DNA of 64,000 nucleotides from Eledone cirrhosa (Eukaryota), in contig OZ024756.1 in the NCBI GenBank assembly GCA_964016885.1, positions 5,456,001 through 5,520,000 of the forward strand, written 5' to 3'. Position 1 is the first letter of the stretch. Each line of letters starts with the position of its first letter. Positions 40,418 through 52,731 of this stretch are shown piece by piece. Below the pieces are notes generated by a model. It made no database searches and was not told the origin of the DNA. It was given only the letters and a program-made list of their open reading frames with translations. The translations under genes and the position numbers were made by a program.

Positions 40418-40913
40418 GCCCTGAGAAATGACTGAAATCATTAAAGAATGGATCAAAGAGTGTTCTCCCTAAAACTGCCAGCAATTTCTCATTTTCCTCA
40501 TCAACAGCGTGTAATATGAATTATGTTTTGGGCTATTTATATAACTCTTCATTGTTCTAATGTCTGTAGATGTCAATGGGTAAACTCAGGCAATATCTAC
40601 AATCTTCATGATAAAATGATGGACACCCTGGAGATATTAAAGTATCTTCGTATTAGAATCCATCAACCTGTGCTTTGTTATATTAGGGTAATGTGCTTTT
40701 AATAAAAACGTTATAATGACAATTATGTAAATATAAATGATAGATAGAAACCGTACAAGACTGATATTTGCCACATGTCAAACATACCATTTTAAAATCA
40801 TGTAACACTCGTAAAGCCATCACTGGATAAGTAGTCATCTCTTTTGAAAGTGTTAAACTTTTGACACTCTCTCTCTCTCTTTCTTTCTCTTTCTCTCTTT
40901 CTCTCTTTCTCTC

Positions 40914-40945
<32 letters not shown>

Positions 40946-41129
40946 ACTCTCTCTCTCTCTTTCTCTTTCTTTCTCTCTCTCTCTTATATATATATATATA
41001 TATGTAGGAGGTGAGTTTTATTCTAGTACAATAAAGCAATGCAGATATCGGATAAGAAGCACTCTACAGTTTGTAGGACTGGAGTATAAATAATATATAA
41101 GATCAAAAGATGGTTAAATGAGTTCCATG

Positions 41130-41200
41130 TATTTTATTATGCGCATTTCAAAAACAAATATCATCATGCAATAACATTTGTGTTTTCATCAGATAAAATA
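41130..41200 (-). ncRNA. Type I hammerhead ribozyme, family E (left arm)
   Basis: Mirror image of 41323-41393. Confidence 0.88.
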
Positions 41201-41322
41201 GGAGGGCATGATATGAAGGTTAAAGACACTTGTGGATAGTGCAGTTTTAAATCAACATATGATATGTTGATTTAAAACTGCACTATCCACAAGTGTTTTT
41301 TAACCTTCATATCATGTCCTCC

Positions 41323-41393
41323 TATTTTATCTGATGAAAACACAAATGTTATTGCATGATGATATTTGTTTTTGAAATGCGCATAATAAAATA
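41323..41393 (+). ncRNA. Type I hammerhead ribozyme, family E (right arm)
   Basis: TATTTTAT-CTGATGA-AAAcACAAATGTTATT(GCAT)GATGATATTTGTTTT-T-GAA-ATGCGCAT-A^ATAAAATA. Confidence 0.88.
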
Positions 41394-41803
41394 CATGGAA
41401 CTCATTTAACCATCTTTTGATCTTATATATTATATATATATATATATATATATGCAAAAGTTTTATTTAAATTGTTGGGATACAACAAGCAAATATTTTT
41501 ATAACTGATATAAAGCACTCGACAAATATTTGGAGTAGATATACGATATTAATAAATGGAAATGATCGTTTGATACCTCCCCGTTATTTTTCCTCTGTTC
41601 TCTTTTCTTTTTGTTTTCTTCTTTTTCTTTATCTATCTCTTCCTTTCTTTTCTCCACGTTTCTCTCTCTCTCCATCTTTTTACTTACTCTTAACACTATG
41701 ACTTACTAAAGTAAACAAATCACTATCCTGATGGCCTCCAAAAACAACGGTCAATTTTTTAAAGGGGTACGTCAATGTCTATTTTTAAAACTGTTATATA
41801 TTG

Positions 41804-41868
41804 TATTTTGTCTGATGAAGGCATACCATAATGTAACTTGGTATCCTTGAAATATATATAATGAAATA
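41804..41868 (+). ncRNA. Type I hammerhead ribozyme, family B
   Basis: TATTTTGT-CTGATGA-AGGcATACCA...TGGTATCCT-T-GAA-ATATATAT-A^ATGAAATA. Confidence 0.85.
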
Positions 41869-41907
41869 AATATAGTTTTATAAATATAGTTTCCATTTAT
41901 TAATATC

Positions 41908-41984
<77 letters not shown>

Positions 41985-42557
41985 CCCAATAATAAATAGG
42001 TTAGTATATAAATGACGAACGAATGTAATCCAAATGCTAAAGCTCTCTTATTACAAAGTTGCAGACATTTTTCATTTACAATACGGGTAGGTCTCCTTAC
42101 ATTGTTTCCAAGGATTCATTTATTCCAGCTCATTAGACAAACGAAAAGTTTCCTCAACCAATTATAAGATGTTTTAGGAGTTTTGTAAAGATTTTGTATT
42201 ATTTCGAAATTGAAACTGTAATATTTCAACAGTGTGCTGAAAATAAGAGAAAGTCGTACATTCTTGCGATTGTTTGCTCTAATATAACGGTTAAGATAGG
42301 AAGGCGAGATTCTTTAATTGTCTTTCAGATGGGAAATTAACCCAAAGCCTACGTGATTATCTTCTATAATAAATCATTCTGTCAGCTTAGAAACTGATTC
42401 TAGCAACGTATTAAATTTACTAATGAATGTTCGTTGTTAGTCTGCCTCTTCTATCATATAAATAAACAAATAAATAAAAAATAAATACACAAATGTATAA
42501 TTTTTGTGTGTGTGTGTGGGTGTGCTAGTATTTCGTTTATTATTATCGTTAAAATAA

Positions 42558-43012
42558 AGGCGGTGGATTGGTAGAATCGGTAGAGAGTCGGACACCATTC
42601 TTTGCAGCATATAGTTACGTTCCTTTACGTTCTGAGTTCAAATCCGACCGAGGTCAACTTTGCCTTTCATCCATACGAGTTGCTAAAATAAATTACCAGT
42701 AACGCACTAGGGTCGATTTAATCGACTTTGTCCTCTCCCCAAATCACTGGCCTTCTGCCTATACTAGAAATCTTTATTAGGGTTAAAATATGGGCGGTGA
42801 CTGGGCAGAATCAGTAGAGCGTCGGACGAAATGCTTTGTGACATGTAGCCACGTCCTTTTACGTTTAGATTTCAATTCACGTTGAGGTTAACTTTGCCTT
42901 TCATCCTTACGGGGTCGATAAAATAAAGTACCAGTAATGTACTGGGTTCCATTTAATCGATTCCCTGTCTCCCAAAATTGTTGGTCTTGTTTCTAAATCA
43001 GGAACCGTTCTT
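42558..43012 (+). mobile_element. Two tandem full-length SINE copies
   Basis: A box TGGTAGAATCGG, B box GAGTTCAAATCC, core and tail, each occurring twice (second copy more diverged). Confidence 0.9.
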
Positions 43013-43181
43013 ATGGTTAACATAAGAATAACATTAATAGTAATAATAGAGTTAGTTTTAGAAATAATTGTTATTGTTTGGCTATCTATTTAACTCTTCA
43101 GTGTTCTTATGTCTGTAGATGTCAATGGGTAAACTCATGCAATATCTACAATCTTCATGATAAAATGATGGACCCCCTTCT

Positions 43182-43394
43182 AGGGCGGTTGATTGGCAGT
43201 ATCGGTAGAGGGTCGGTCGCCTTGCTTTGCAACATAGAGTTACGGCTCTTTATGATCTGAGTTCAAATCCCCCGAGGTTAACACTGTCTTTCCTCCTTAC
43301 GGGGTTGATAAAATAAAGTACCATTTACGCACTGGGGTCGATTTAATCGACTTTCCCCTCCCCACAAATTACTGGCCTTGTGCCTATACTAGAA
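43182..43394 (+). mobile_element. Full-length SINE
   Basis: TGGCAGTATCGG...GAGTTCAAATCC...core...tail. Confidence 0.9.
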
Positions 43395-44589
43395 TACATA
43401 GGCCCAGCAATTTTGAGTTGAGGAAAATTTTGATCGATTAAATTGACCTTAGTTTTTGACTGGTATTTCATATTAATGACTCCGGAATGATGAAAGGGAA
43501 TGTTAATCAAGTGCCGCAACGCACGTTGTTTCATGTTTTACCAATTCTGCTAATCCAAAGCCTATTTTAGCAATGATGTTCTTGTAGGCGATGTAGTAAC
43601 CCCAATTATATTTGATGTATCGTTCTTATTTTTCATATAATTCGAAAGCCGTACAAAGTTTACTATTTCATATACCCCCATTGGTCATTACATGAGGGTT
43701 TGTACATTACACTGCTGGTAAAAGAAAATCCGATGTGAGCTACGTGTGGTGTTGGTGAAGGGTATATTTAACGCTATTCAGATAGTATATCAATGTTCTG
43801 AGTTCAGTTAAGTAGAAACTTGTCTTTATCCTCTAGTGTTCCATATAACATGCAACAGTAATATCTACCGTTTACAAACAATCATTTACAAACGATCGAC
43901 ATTTATAGCAGACATGATTCATGTTCTTATTGTTTCATTATATTATTGTCACTCTATTTCCGGCTTCTGGGGAAATGGAAGAGAGAAGGAAAGGAAGAGA
44001 TTATATTAGAAGTAACATCACCTGTATCATTAGATATATATTCCTTCGTTGTTCGAATAATTGTTTATGTCCGGAAAAGGGATATTTTATTCTTCACAGG
44101 AAATTCTAGAATTTCTTTAACAATTCTTCCTCTGGTGATTTGATATCGTCTTTTAACCTCTCTTTATTGAGGAAACTATTTAAGAGTCACGAAGCTATGG
44201 CTCCTAATTATATTCAAAACCTGGATACTGATTGACAATAAAACCTCATATTTATTGTTCAGTGTTTCTTGTGAAAATGGAAATATTGTATAATCAAATA
44301 ATACCTAACGAACCTTGACGAAAATTTATCTTGGATTCTGTTCCAATCCAATCCAATCCAATCCAATGCCTTCTCACACCTGTTGGAGGAACCCCTCTGT
44401 TTGACCTCCACCACTTTCTGTTTGGTTTTGGTCTTGTCAGAAGTGTAGCCGTACCCAGTACGCTTGCCCAGTTGCGGGTTGGTTAGGCTATTTAACTCCT
44501 ACTTGTGGTGGATGACCAATGACTCTAAGGAGTCCATCCGCCCTTTTAACAGCCTTTATTTTTGTGTTGCTGAGGTTCCACTTACACAT

Positions 44590-45175
44590 ATCAGGCCAGA
44601 GACTGGTTGATGAGCCTATTTAGGCGACGACAATCCGACAAGGAAGCAGGTTGGACTGGGTTACATGCTATCCGTAGCAGGCAGGAGCTTGATCTCACCA
44701 GAGCAAGGTCTGTCCTCGACCACTCGACCAGTGCAGGCAGGAGCCTAACCCCACCAGACCAGGATCTGATGAATGAGCCGGTTTAATCACCGACCACATG
44801 ACCAGGAAACAGGTTGTACTGGATGACATGGTACTAATAGCAGACAGGAGTTTGTCTTCCTCAGAGCAGGGTCTTGTGGGGTAGTGGGTTTAGTCACCGA
44901 CCGCTCGACGAGAAAGCAGATTATACTGGGTAAACCTGGTACCAGTAGTAGGCAGGAGCTTGTCATCACCAGAGCAGAGACTGGTGGAGGAGCCGATTTA
45001 TTCAACGACCACTCAACGAGAAAGCAGATTATACTGGGTAAACCTGGTACCAGTAGTAGGCAGGAGTTTGTCATCACCAGAGCAGGGACTGGTGGAGGAG
45101 CCGATTTATTCAACGACCACTCGACGAAAAAGCAGATTATACTGGGTAAACCTGGTACCAGTAGCAGACAGAAGT
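44590..45175. repeat. 108-bp tandem repeat, decaying leftward
   Basis: ACGA(G/A)AAAGCAGATTATACTGGGTAAACCTGGTACCAGTAG at 44908, 45016 and 45124. Confidence 0.9.
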
Positions 45176-45795
45176 TACTTAATGGTTAATGCATCGTTTC
45201 TTATATCTCATATGGTTGGTATTGAGTTCATTCTTCTATCGAAGAGATATCGCCTAGATGTTTACTTTAAATAGAAGCAAGGATGGCTGTACTATTTCCG
45301 GGATTTCCAGACGTTATATATATATAAGATGAGAGAGAGAGAGCATCAAGTAGCGTCCCAGATTGTTATGTTTCTTTACTTTCCACCGCTGCTAAAATTA
45401 TGGTTTCTTATCAACACAATTCCAGACTGTTTTGTGTTGGATATGTCTGTATTGACCAATTGAATATTGCTGGGGAAAAGACAACAAACAGCAGTAACTG
45501 TAGACTGTATGTTTAGACAATATAGCAATACAGGAAGTGACACCATCGGAAGTGGCATTAACCCTCTACGTAAAGTAGTGTCTCTTACATAAACATCTGT
45601 TGTAACAAACAGGGAATTGCTGTATGAATATAATTCAGCTGATTATACGTTGTTTTTTTTTTGCTGCTATTTCTAGCGTCGATAATAGCCCGTCATATTG
45701 TCTTGAGACACTGAATAGAAAATGTTAATACATTATTTCAATGTTGCGTCATGCCACTTCCCGTGTGGTTTATACTCGGTATGATTATATAATAT

Positions 45796-46470
45796 ACTAG
45801 CCGAATTACCCGCGCCTTGCTGCGTTTCACACATATTTTTCGTAAGAAAAAGATGATTGATTTTAAATCAGTGATATAATTTATGGAGAAAAACTCTGGA
45901 TTTCAATATTACTCAATGTAAAATGTAATGCACGAAAAATTGGAAAACCTTATTTTTTGTAATATATCAAATCAAAATTACATTATTAAATCTTATTTCG
46001 TTTATTATAAATAATATTTTTCAAAATATCAATTCAACACTTTTGTGAATAGGCATCATATCTTGGTCATTTACCTATGGTTTAAATTTCATATAAATCG
46101 AAGTGACAACATTTTCAGCGGGGGTTTGTGCCCCCGGGGAAACCTAATAGGAGGTTTAATCCCCTGTTAACGTGTCTTAATATTATTGAAATTTGCTGAA
46201 ATTTCGTTAATAGGCATCATATCTTGTCATTTACATATGGTTTAAATTTCATATAAATCGAAGGGAGAACATTTTCTATAGGGGTTTTCAGCGGGGCTTT
46301 CTGCTCCCCGGGGAACCCTTTGATTAAAATGAAATATACTTATCCAAGTACCCTGGGCAATGTAGTTTCAGAATATATATGATTATGGGGGGGGGGGGTC
46401 TATCTCTAAAAACCATAGGAGTAGTTCGTGAACAAACAAACAAACAAGAATACAACTTTATATAGATATA
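45796..46470 (+). mobile_element. Probable non-autonomous rolling-circle element (Helentron-associated/DINE-1/Lep1-like)
   Basis: Starts ACTAGCCGAATTACCCGCGCCTTGC. Internal ~161-bp duplication containing AAATTTCATATAAATCG. Ends (CAAA)n-GAATACAACTTTATATAG. Confidence 0.55.
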
Positions 46471-46789
46471 TATATATATATATAGATATTCTACGTTTGG
46501 GTAGAATACCTTGATACGGCAAAACCATGTTCAACTATAAGATCTAGCAGTGATGTAGTATGTATGACACATGTTTTATGTTGTCCCGTTGTTCTGAAGA
46601 ATTCGCCTCCTGAAGATAAAACTTTAATCTTCCACTATTGGTTATTCCAACGTCTTCGGGCTCCAGGCGCTGTATCTTGAGTTTCTGAACCGACGGTTGA
46701 GGTCCCATATAAGTTAAAACTGACTTTTTGGAGCCAATTTGATTTTCATTCCCCCAGAAAAGTGAGATTTGGGCTTAAATTTAATACAT

Positions 46790-47363
46790 GTACACACACA
46801 ACACACACTACACACACTACACACACTCAACACTCACACCACACTCAACACTCACACCACACTCAACACTCACACCACACTCAACACTCACACCACACAC
46901 ACCACACTCAACACACCACACTCAACACACCACACTCAACACACCTCACACACCTCACACACCTCACACACCACACTCAACACACCACACTCAACACACA
47001 CACCACACACACACCACATCACACACCACTACACACCGCACATACACATACACACACACCACACTACACCACACTACACCACACACACCATACACACCAC
47101 ACATACACACACACCACACCACACCACACATACCACACCACACATACCACACCACACCACCACACCACACCACACCACACCACACCACACCACACCACAC
47201 CACACCACACCACACCACACCACACCACACCACACATACCACACCACACCACCACACCACACCACACCACACCACACCACACCACACCACACCACACCAC
47301 ACCACACCACACCACACCACACCACACATACCACACCACACCACCACACCACACCACACACCA

Positions 47364-47390
<27 letters not shown>
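46790..47390. repeat. (CACCA)n/(CA)n compound repeat
   Basis: Direct inspection. Confidence 0.95.
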
Positions 47391-47394
<4 letters not shown>

Positions 47395-47396
47395 AC

Positions 47397-47431
<35 letters not shown>

Positions 47432-47864
47432 ACGTGTGTGTGTGTATATATATATACATATATATATAAATAAATTAAAATAGAGAAATTAATGTAAGCA
47501 AAAAGCCGACAATAATTCAGACACATAAGTGACTATAACAACAAGATGAAACCATTTTAACATAAGATATGGGATAAATAATTCGATCTTAATTCAAAAC
47601 AAGTCAAGAAGAGAAACTTTATCCTCAGACTTTGTGTAAGCTGGGGAAATAAAACAATACAATCTTAACTCAAGATAAAATCAAGAAGAAATACTTAACC
47701 GTCAATTTGGGGAAATCTGCAAATGCACTATATAGTCTAAAATGACTATTTCACGAAACTTTTCAGTGGGGTTAGTCACGGTTGGGGTCGTTCATCAGTA
47801 GTGTTCAATTCGTTAACTAAATCACTGCTAATATATATATATATACATTTAGCATTATTATTTA

Positions 47865-48056
47865 TGGTGGTATATTAGCAGTATCAGTAGAGGGTTGGAC
47901 GCCATGCTTTGCAGCACAGAGTTACGGTCCCTTAAGTTCTGAGTTCAAATCCCGCCGAGGTTAACTTTGTCTTTCATCCTTACGGGGTCGACAAAATAAA
48001 GTACCAGTAATACACTGGGGTATTTGCTGGCCTTGTGCCAAAAGTAGAAACAATTT
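47865..48056 (+). mobile_element. SINE (short-tail variant)
   Basis: B box, core and CACTGGGGTATTTGCTGGCCTTGTGCC tail. Confidence 0.9.
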
Positions 48057-48264
48057 ATATCATTATTGTTGTTGTTGTTGTTTACTGTGAAAAAGCTGTG
48101 ACTTGATGGTAACTTGGCTGTGACAACACAATTGCTTTGTACTATCTGCCATTACATAAACTCTTGCTATCTAAACTATAATAAAGTAAGGAGCGCGGGA
48201 CTGCGTACGGTTTATAATTTGTTATCCCATTAATAAAATAACTTGGATTACTTTGAATAAATAA

Positions 48265-48400
48265 TTGTTTCTACTTAAGGCACAAGGCCAGCAATTACCC
48301 AGTGCATTACTGGTACTTTATTTTATCGACCCCGTAAGGATGAAAGGCAAAGTTAACCTGGGCGGGATTTGAACTCAGAATGGCAAGGGCCGTAACTCTA
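48265..48400 (-). mobile_element. 5'-truncated SINE with 16-bp target-site duplication
   Basis: TACTTTGAATAAATAA at 48249-48264 and 48401-48416. Confidence 0.9.
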
Positions 48401-49594
48401 TACTTTGAATAAATAAGGAATGAATATTACATAATTTATCTACTAAATTTCGTGGCTGTTGATTAAATATATTTTGTTTATTTAAAGATTCACTTCTTTA
48501 AAATGTCTGAAGTGTCAACACTTCCGGTTGGCCATTGTTTAAATAAACATACTAATTTCCTGTCACTAATTTTCTCCTAATGCAGTTTATATATAATATC
48601 GTCTTTTTTTAATGTATCATGGATTACGTTACTGATTACATAAGACAGTGTAACGCAGTCTTCGTTCAATTTCTATGAATTATATATTGTCAGTTACGAT
48701 TTTATTTGATGTATCATATATACATGTATATATACCTGCGTATAATATCAATATACACACTACACATACTAGCAGAACACTCTGCTAGTATTTTTAATGG
48801 ATGGAAAGGACTGTTGAAATTAAGAACTAGCAGAAAACCGGTCAAAATTCTCAATAGTTACCTTCCTTCTACATTCCATATTGAAATGTCGTTGGAGACA
48901 GTCATGGTTGTCTTCCTTTTGCGATCAATAAAACAACTATGAGTGAAGTATTCGAATCGATGTATTCGAATATACTACTGCTAACTTCAAAAACCTATTG
49001 GAGTTGTTCCAAATTATTGGTATTATTTATCAATATTTCAGCTCAATATATCAGCTGTGTTCACAAGGCTCACATCGAACAGTCGTATACGTGTATACTA
49101 ATATTCCATATTGTATATGTCATCCTTTAGGTAAAATATACTTCACTAGAATATTTATGTCTCGGACATTAGCTCTAACAGCTTTAGGTGTTTTGGTAGT
49201 ATTCTTATGACTCGGTATTGATTCTAGAGTTTCTGAGTCATTGTTGATTTTAATATCGAACTATTTCCTTCCTGTTGAGGCTAACAGGATATTGGTCATA
49301 GAGTGGATTTTTTTTCTCCATTTTCCCTTTAATGCATTTTAGAGTTCTATTTTCATCTTATCTTTAGCTGTTGTTTTTATTTTCCAATTTTCTCATATTT
49401 TGTCATTTATTGAATGCTTCGGTATAATTTTGCTTCGGGTTTTTACTACATTGATTCCTTATATACATAGAAATGTATTTGTTTTTAATATTGCTGTTTT
49501 CTTTCTGTTCCTTTTCAAACTAATTATGTTCCTTCACTTGTATTTAAGTACCTTTATAGATCTATTGTCGTTGATTTGTAATATCTCTACATCT

Positions 49595-51275
49595 ATAACA
49601 ACCAGCGACCTCTCCATCTATAATAGCCAACAGCCCTTCCGTCCATAACAACCAGTGGCCTCTCCATCCACAACAACCAGTGCCTTCTCCGTCCATAACA
49701 ACCAGTGCACTCTCCGTCCATAACAACCAGTGCCCTCTCCATCCACAACAACCGTGGCCTCTCCATCCACAACAACCAGTGCCCTCTCCGTCCATAACAA
49801 CCAGTGCCCTCTCCGTCCATAACAACCGTGGCCTCTCCATCCACAACAACCGTGGCCTCTCCATCCACAACAACCAGTGCCCTCTCCGTCCATAACAACC
49901 AGTGCCCTCTCCGTCCATAACAACCAGTGCCCTCTCCGTCCATAACAACCGTGGCCTCTCCATCCACAACAACCAGTGCCCTCTCCATCCATAACAACCA
50001 GTGCCCTCTCCGTCCATAACAACCAGTGCCCTCTCCGTCCATAACAACCGTGGCCTCTCCGTCCATAACAACCGTGGCCTCTCCGTCCACAACAACCGTG
50101 GCCTCTCCGTCCATAACAACCAGTGGCCTCTCCATCCACAACAACCAGTGCCCTCTCCGTCCATAACAACCGTGGCCTCTCCGTCCATAACAACCAGTGG
50201 CCTCTCCATCCACAACAACCAGTGCCCTCTCCGTCCATAACAACCAGTGCCCTCTCCGTCCATAACAACCAGTGCCCTCTCCGTCCATAACAACCAGTGC
50301 CCTCTCCATCCACAACAACCAGTGCCCTCTCCGTCCATAACAACCAGTGCCCTCTCCGTCCATAACAACCAGTGCCCTCTCCGTCCATAACAACCAGTGC
50401 CCTCTCCATCCACAACAACCGTGGCCTCTCCGTCCATAACAACCAGTGCCCTCTCCCTCCATAACAACCAGTGCCCTCTCCATCCACAACAACCAGTGCC
50501 CTCTCCGTCCATAACAACCAGTGCCCTCTCCATCCACAACAACCGTGGCCTCTCCATCCATAACAACCAGTGGCCTCTCCATCCACAACAACCAGTGCCC
50601 TCTCCATCCACAACAACCGTGGCCTCTCCATCCACAACAACCAGTGCCCTCTCCGTCCACAACAACCGTGGCCTCTCCATCCACAACAACCGTGGCCTCT
50701 CCATCCACAACAACCGTGGCCTCTCCATCCACAACAACCGTGGCCTCTCCATCCACAACAACCGTGGCCTCTCCATCCACAACAACCGTGGCCTCTCCAT
50801 CCACAACAACCGTGGCCTCTCCATCCATAACAACCAGTGCCCTCTCCATCCACAACAACCGTGGCCTCTCCATCCACAACAACCGTGGCCTCTCCATCCA
50901 CAACAACCGTGGCCTCTCCATCCACAACAACCGTGGCCTCTCCATCCATAACAACCAGTGCCCTCTCCATCCACAACAACCGTGGCCTCTCCATCCACAA
51001 CAACCGTGGCCTCTCCATCCACAACAACCGTGGCCTCTCCATCCACAACAACCGTGGCCTCTCCATCCATAACAACCAGTGCCCTCTCCATCCACAACAA
51101 CCGTGGCCTCTCCATCCACAACAACCGTGGCCTCTCCATCCACAACAACCGTGGCCTCTCCATCCACAACAACCGTGGCCTCTCCATCCATAACAACCAG
51201 TGCCCTCTCCATCCACAACAACCGTGGCCTCTCCATCCATAACAACCAGTGGCCACTCCATCCACAACAAGGAGT
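49595..51275. repeat. 24/25-bp minisatellite (CCACAACAACCGTGGCCTCTCCAT / CCATAACAACCAGTGCCCTCTCC(A/G)T)
   Basis: Direct inspection. 121-bp higher-order period at 50830-51193. Confidence 0.97.
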
Positions 51276-51437
51276 GCCCTCTCTGTTTGTCGTTTACGTA
51301 TATCCTATTTAAATCAGCTTTAGTATAATTTACGACGATTGGTGGGTCGCAAAGTATAGCCATGTAGTTTCTCTATTTTACAACTTCAATTTATTCAATG
51401 TTAAGTTGTTTTTCTATGTTGATGGATCAGTATTTGC

Positions 51438-52404
51438 TGGGCATGAGTAACCCTTTTCGAGTAGTGGGCCGCATACGATGTGGTTCTGCATAAGGCCGGC
51501 CGCATAGGGTGTGGTTCTGCATAAGGCCGGCCCATATGATGTGGTTCTGCATAAGGCCAGCTGCATAGGATGTGGTTCCACATAAGGCCGGCCAAATATG
51601 ATGTGGTTCCCCATAAGGCCGGCCGCATAGGATGTGGTTCCCCATAAGGCCGGCCACACAGGATGTGATTCCTCATAACGCCGGCCGGATAGGATGTGAT
51701 TCCTCATAAGGCCGGCCTCACAGGACGTGGCTCTTCATAAGGCCGACCGCATAGGATGTGATTCCTCATAAGGCCGGCCGCATAGGATGTGATTCCTCAT
51801 AAGGCCGGCCGCATAGGATGTGATTCCTCATAAGGCCGGCCGCATAGGATGTGATTCCCCATAAGGCCGGCCGCATAGGATGTGATTCCCCATAAAGCCG
51901 GCCACATAGGATGTGGTTCCTCATAAGGCCGGCCCATAGGATGTGGTTCCTCATAAGGCCGGCCGCATAGGATGTGATTCCCCATAAGGGCGACCTCACG
52001 GGATGTGGCTCTTCATAAGGCCGGCCGCATAGGATGTGGTTCCTCATAAGACCGGCCCATAGGATGTGGTTCCTCATAAGGCCGGCCATATAGGATGTGA
52101 TTCCTCATAAGGCCGGCCATATAGGATGTGATTCCTCATAAGGCCGGCCTCACGGGACGTGGCTCTTCATAAGGCCGGCCGCATAGGATGTGGTTCCGCA
52201 TAAGGTCGGCCACATAGGATGTGGTTCCTCATAAGGCCGACCCCATAGGATGTGGTTCCTCATAAGGCCGGCCTCACAGGATGTGATTCCTCATAAGGCG
52301 GACCGCACTACTAAAAACTTCAAGGCAATTTTGTAATAAGGTGTGCCCTTCAGAAAGCCGAACAGGCCGCATGCGGCTCGCGTGTGGCCGTTTGCCCATG
52401 ATTG
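51438..52404. mobile_element. Probable hAT-type non-autonomous element containing a 30/31-bp minisatellite
   Basis: Left GGCATGAGTAAC and right GTTTGCCCATGA are imperfect TIRs. Subterminal GGCCGCATGCGGCTCGCG. Internal unit CCGCATAGGATGTG(A/G)TTCCTCATAAGGCCGG repeated about 27 times. Confidence 0.6.
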
Positions 52405-52540
52405 GTATATGCTATGATTAGTAATATATGAAACATAATATATATTTTATCCACATTCAGTCACTAGACTGAGGCCATGCTGTGGCACTGAGTTGATTTA
52501 GTCGATCATATAAATCCCATTTCGAAACACTATACTAAGT

Positions 52541-52731
52541 ATGTGGATTGGCAGTATTGGTAGAGAGTCTGACGCCATGCTTTGCAGCAAAGAGTTACGG
52601 TCCTTTATGGTCTGAGTTCAAATCCCACCGAGGTTAACTTTACCTTTCATCCTTACGGGGTCGATACAATAAAGTACCAGTAATACACTGATATAATTGC
52701 TGGCCTTGTGCCAAAAGTAGAAACAATTATT
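52541..52731 (+). mobile_element. Full-length SINE (short-tail variant)
   Basis: TGGCAGTATTGG, GAGTTCAAATCC, core. Confidence 0.9.

Larger units (their letters stand above)
41005..41432. mobile_element. Family E element forming a ~340-bp near-perfect palindrome
   Basis: 41091-41260 is the reverse complement of 41262-41432. Axis at 41261. Confidence 0.9.

Noticed and set aside
42558-42660. tRNA gene
   Set aside because: The A and B boxes belong to SINE heads. No full cloverleaf, and they continue into the SINE core.
44605-44830. TTGATGAGCCTATTTAGGCGACG and CTGATGA...GAAACAGGTTGTA
   Set aside because: The motifs are not conserved across the 108-bp repeat units and stem I does not form.
47738-47803. 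Minus-strand CTGATGA-ACGA...TCGT-GAAATAGTC
   Set aside because: The core and a 4-bp stem II are present, but stem I does not pair. It is a chance match or too decayed to call.
48700-49560. Possible decayed L1-like endonuclease region on the minus strand (also 53100-53900)
   Set aside because: Only an A-rich strand bias and short peptide hints (MTYTIWNI, RMVAIY). A profile-HMM search would be needed before calling it.
49562-51363. Three overlapping 550-581 aa minus-strand ORFs
   Set aside because: Translations of the 24/25-bp minisatellite that cycle through the same three peptide motifs.
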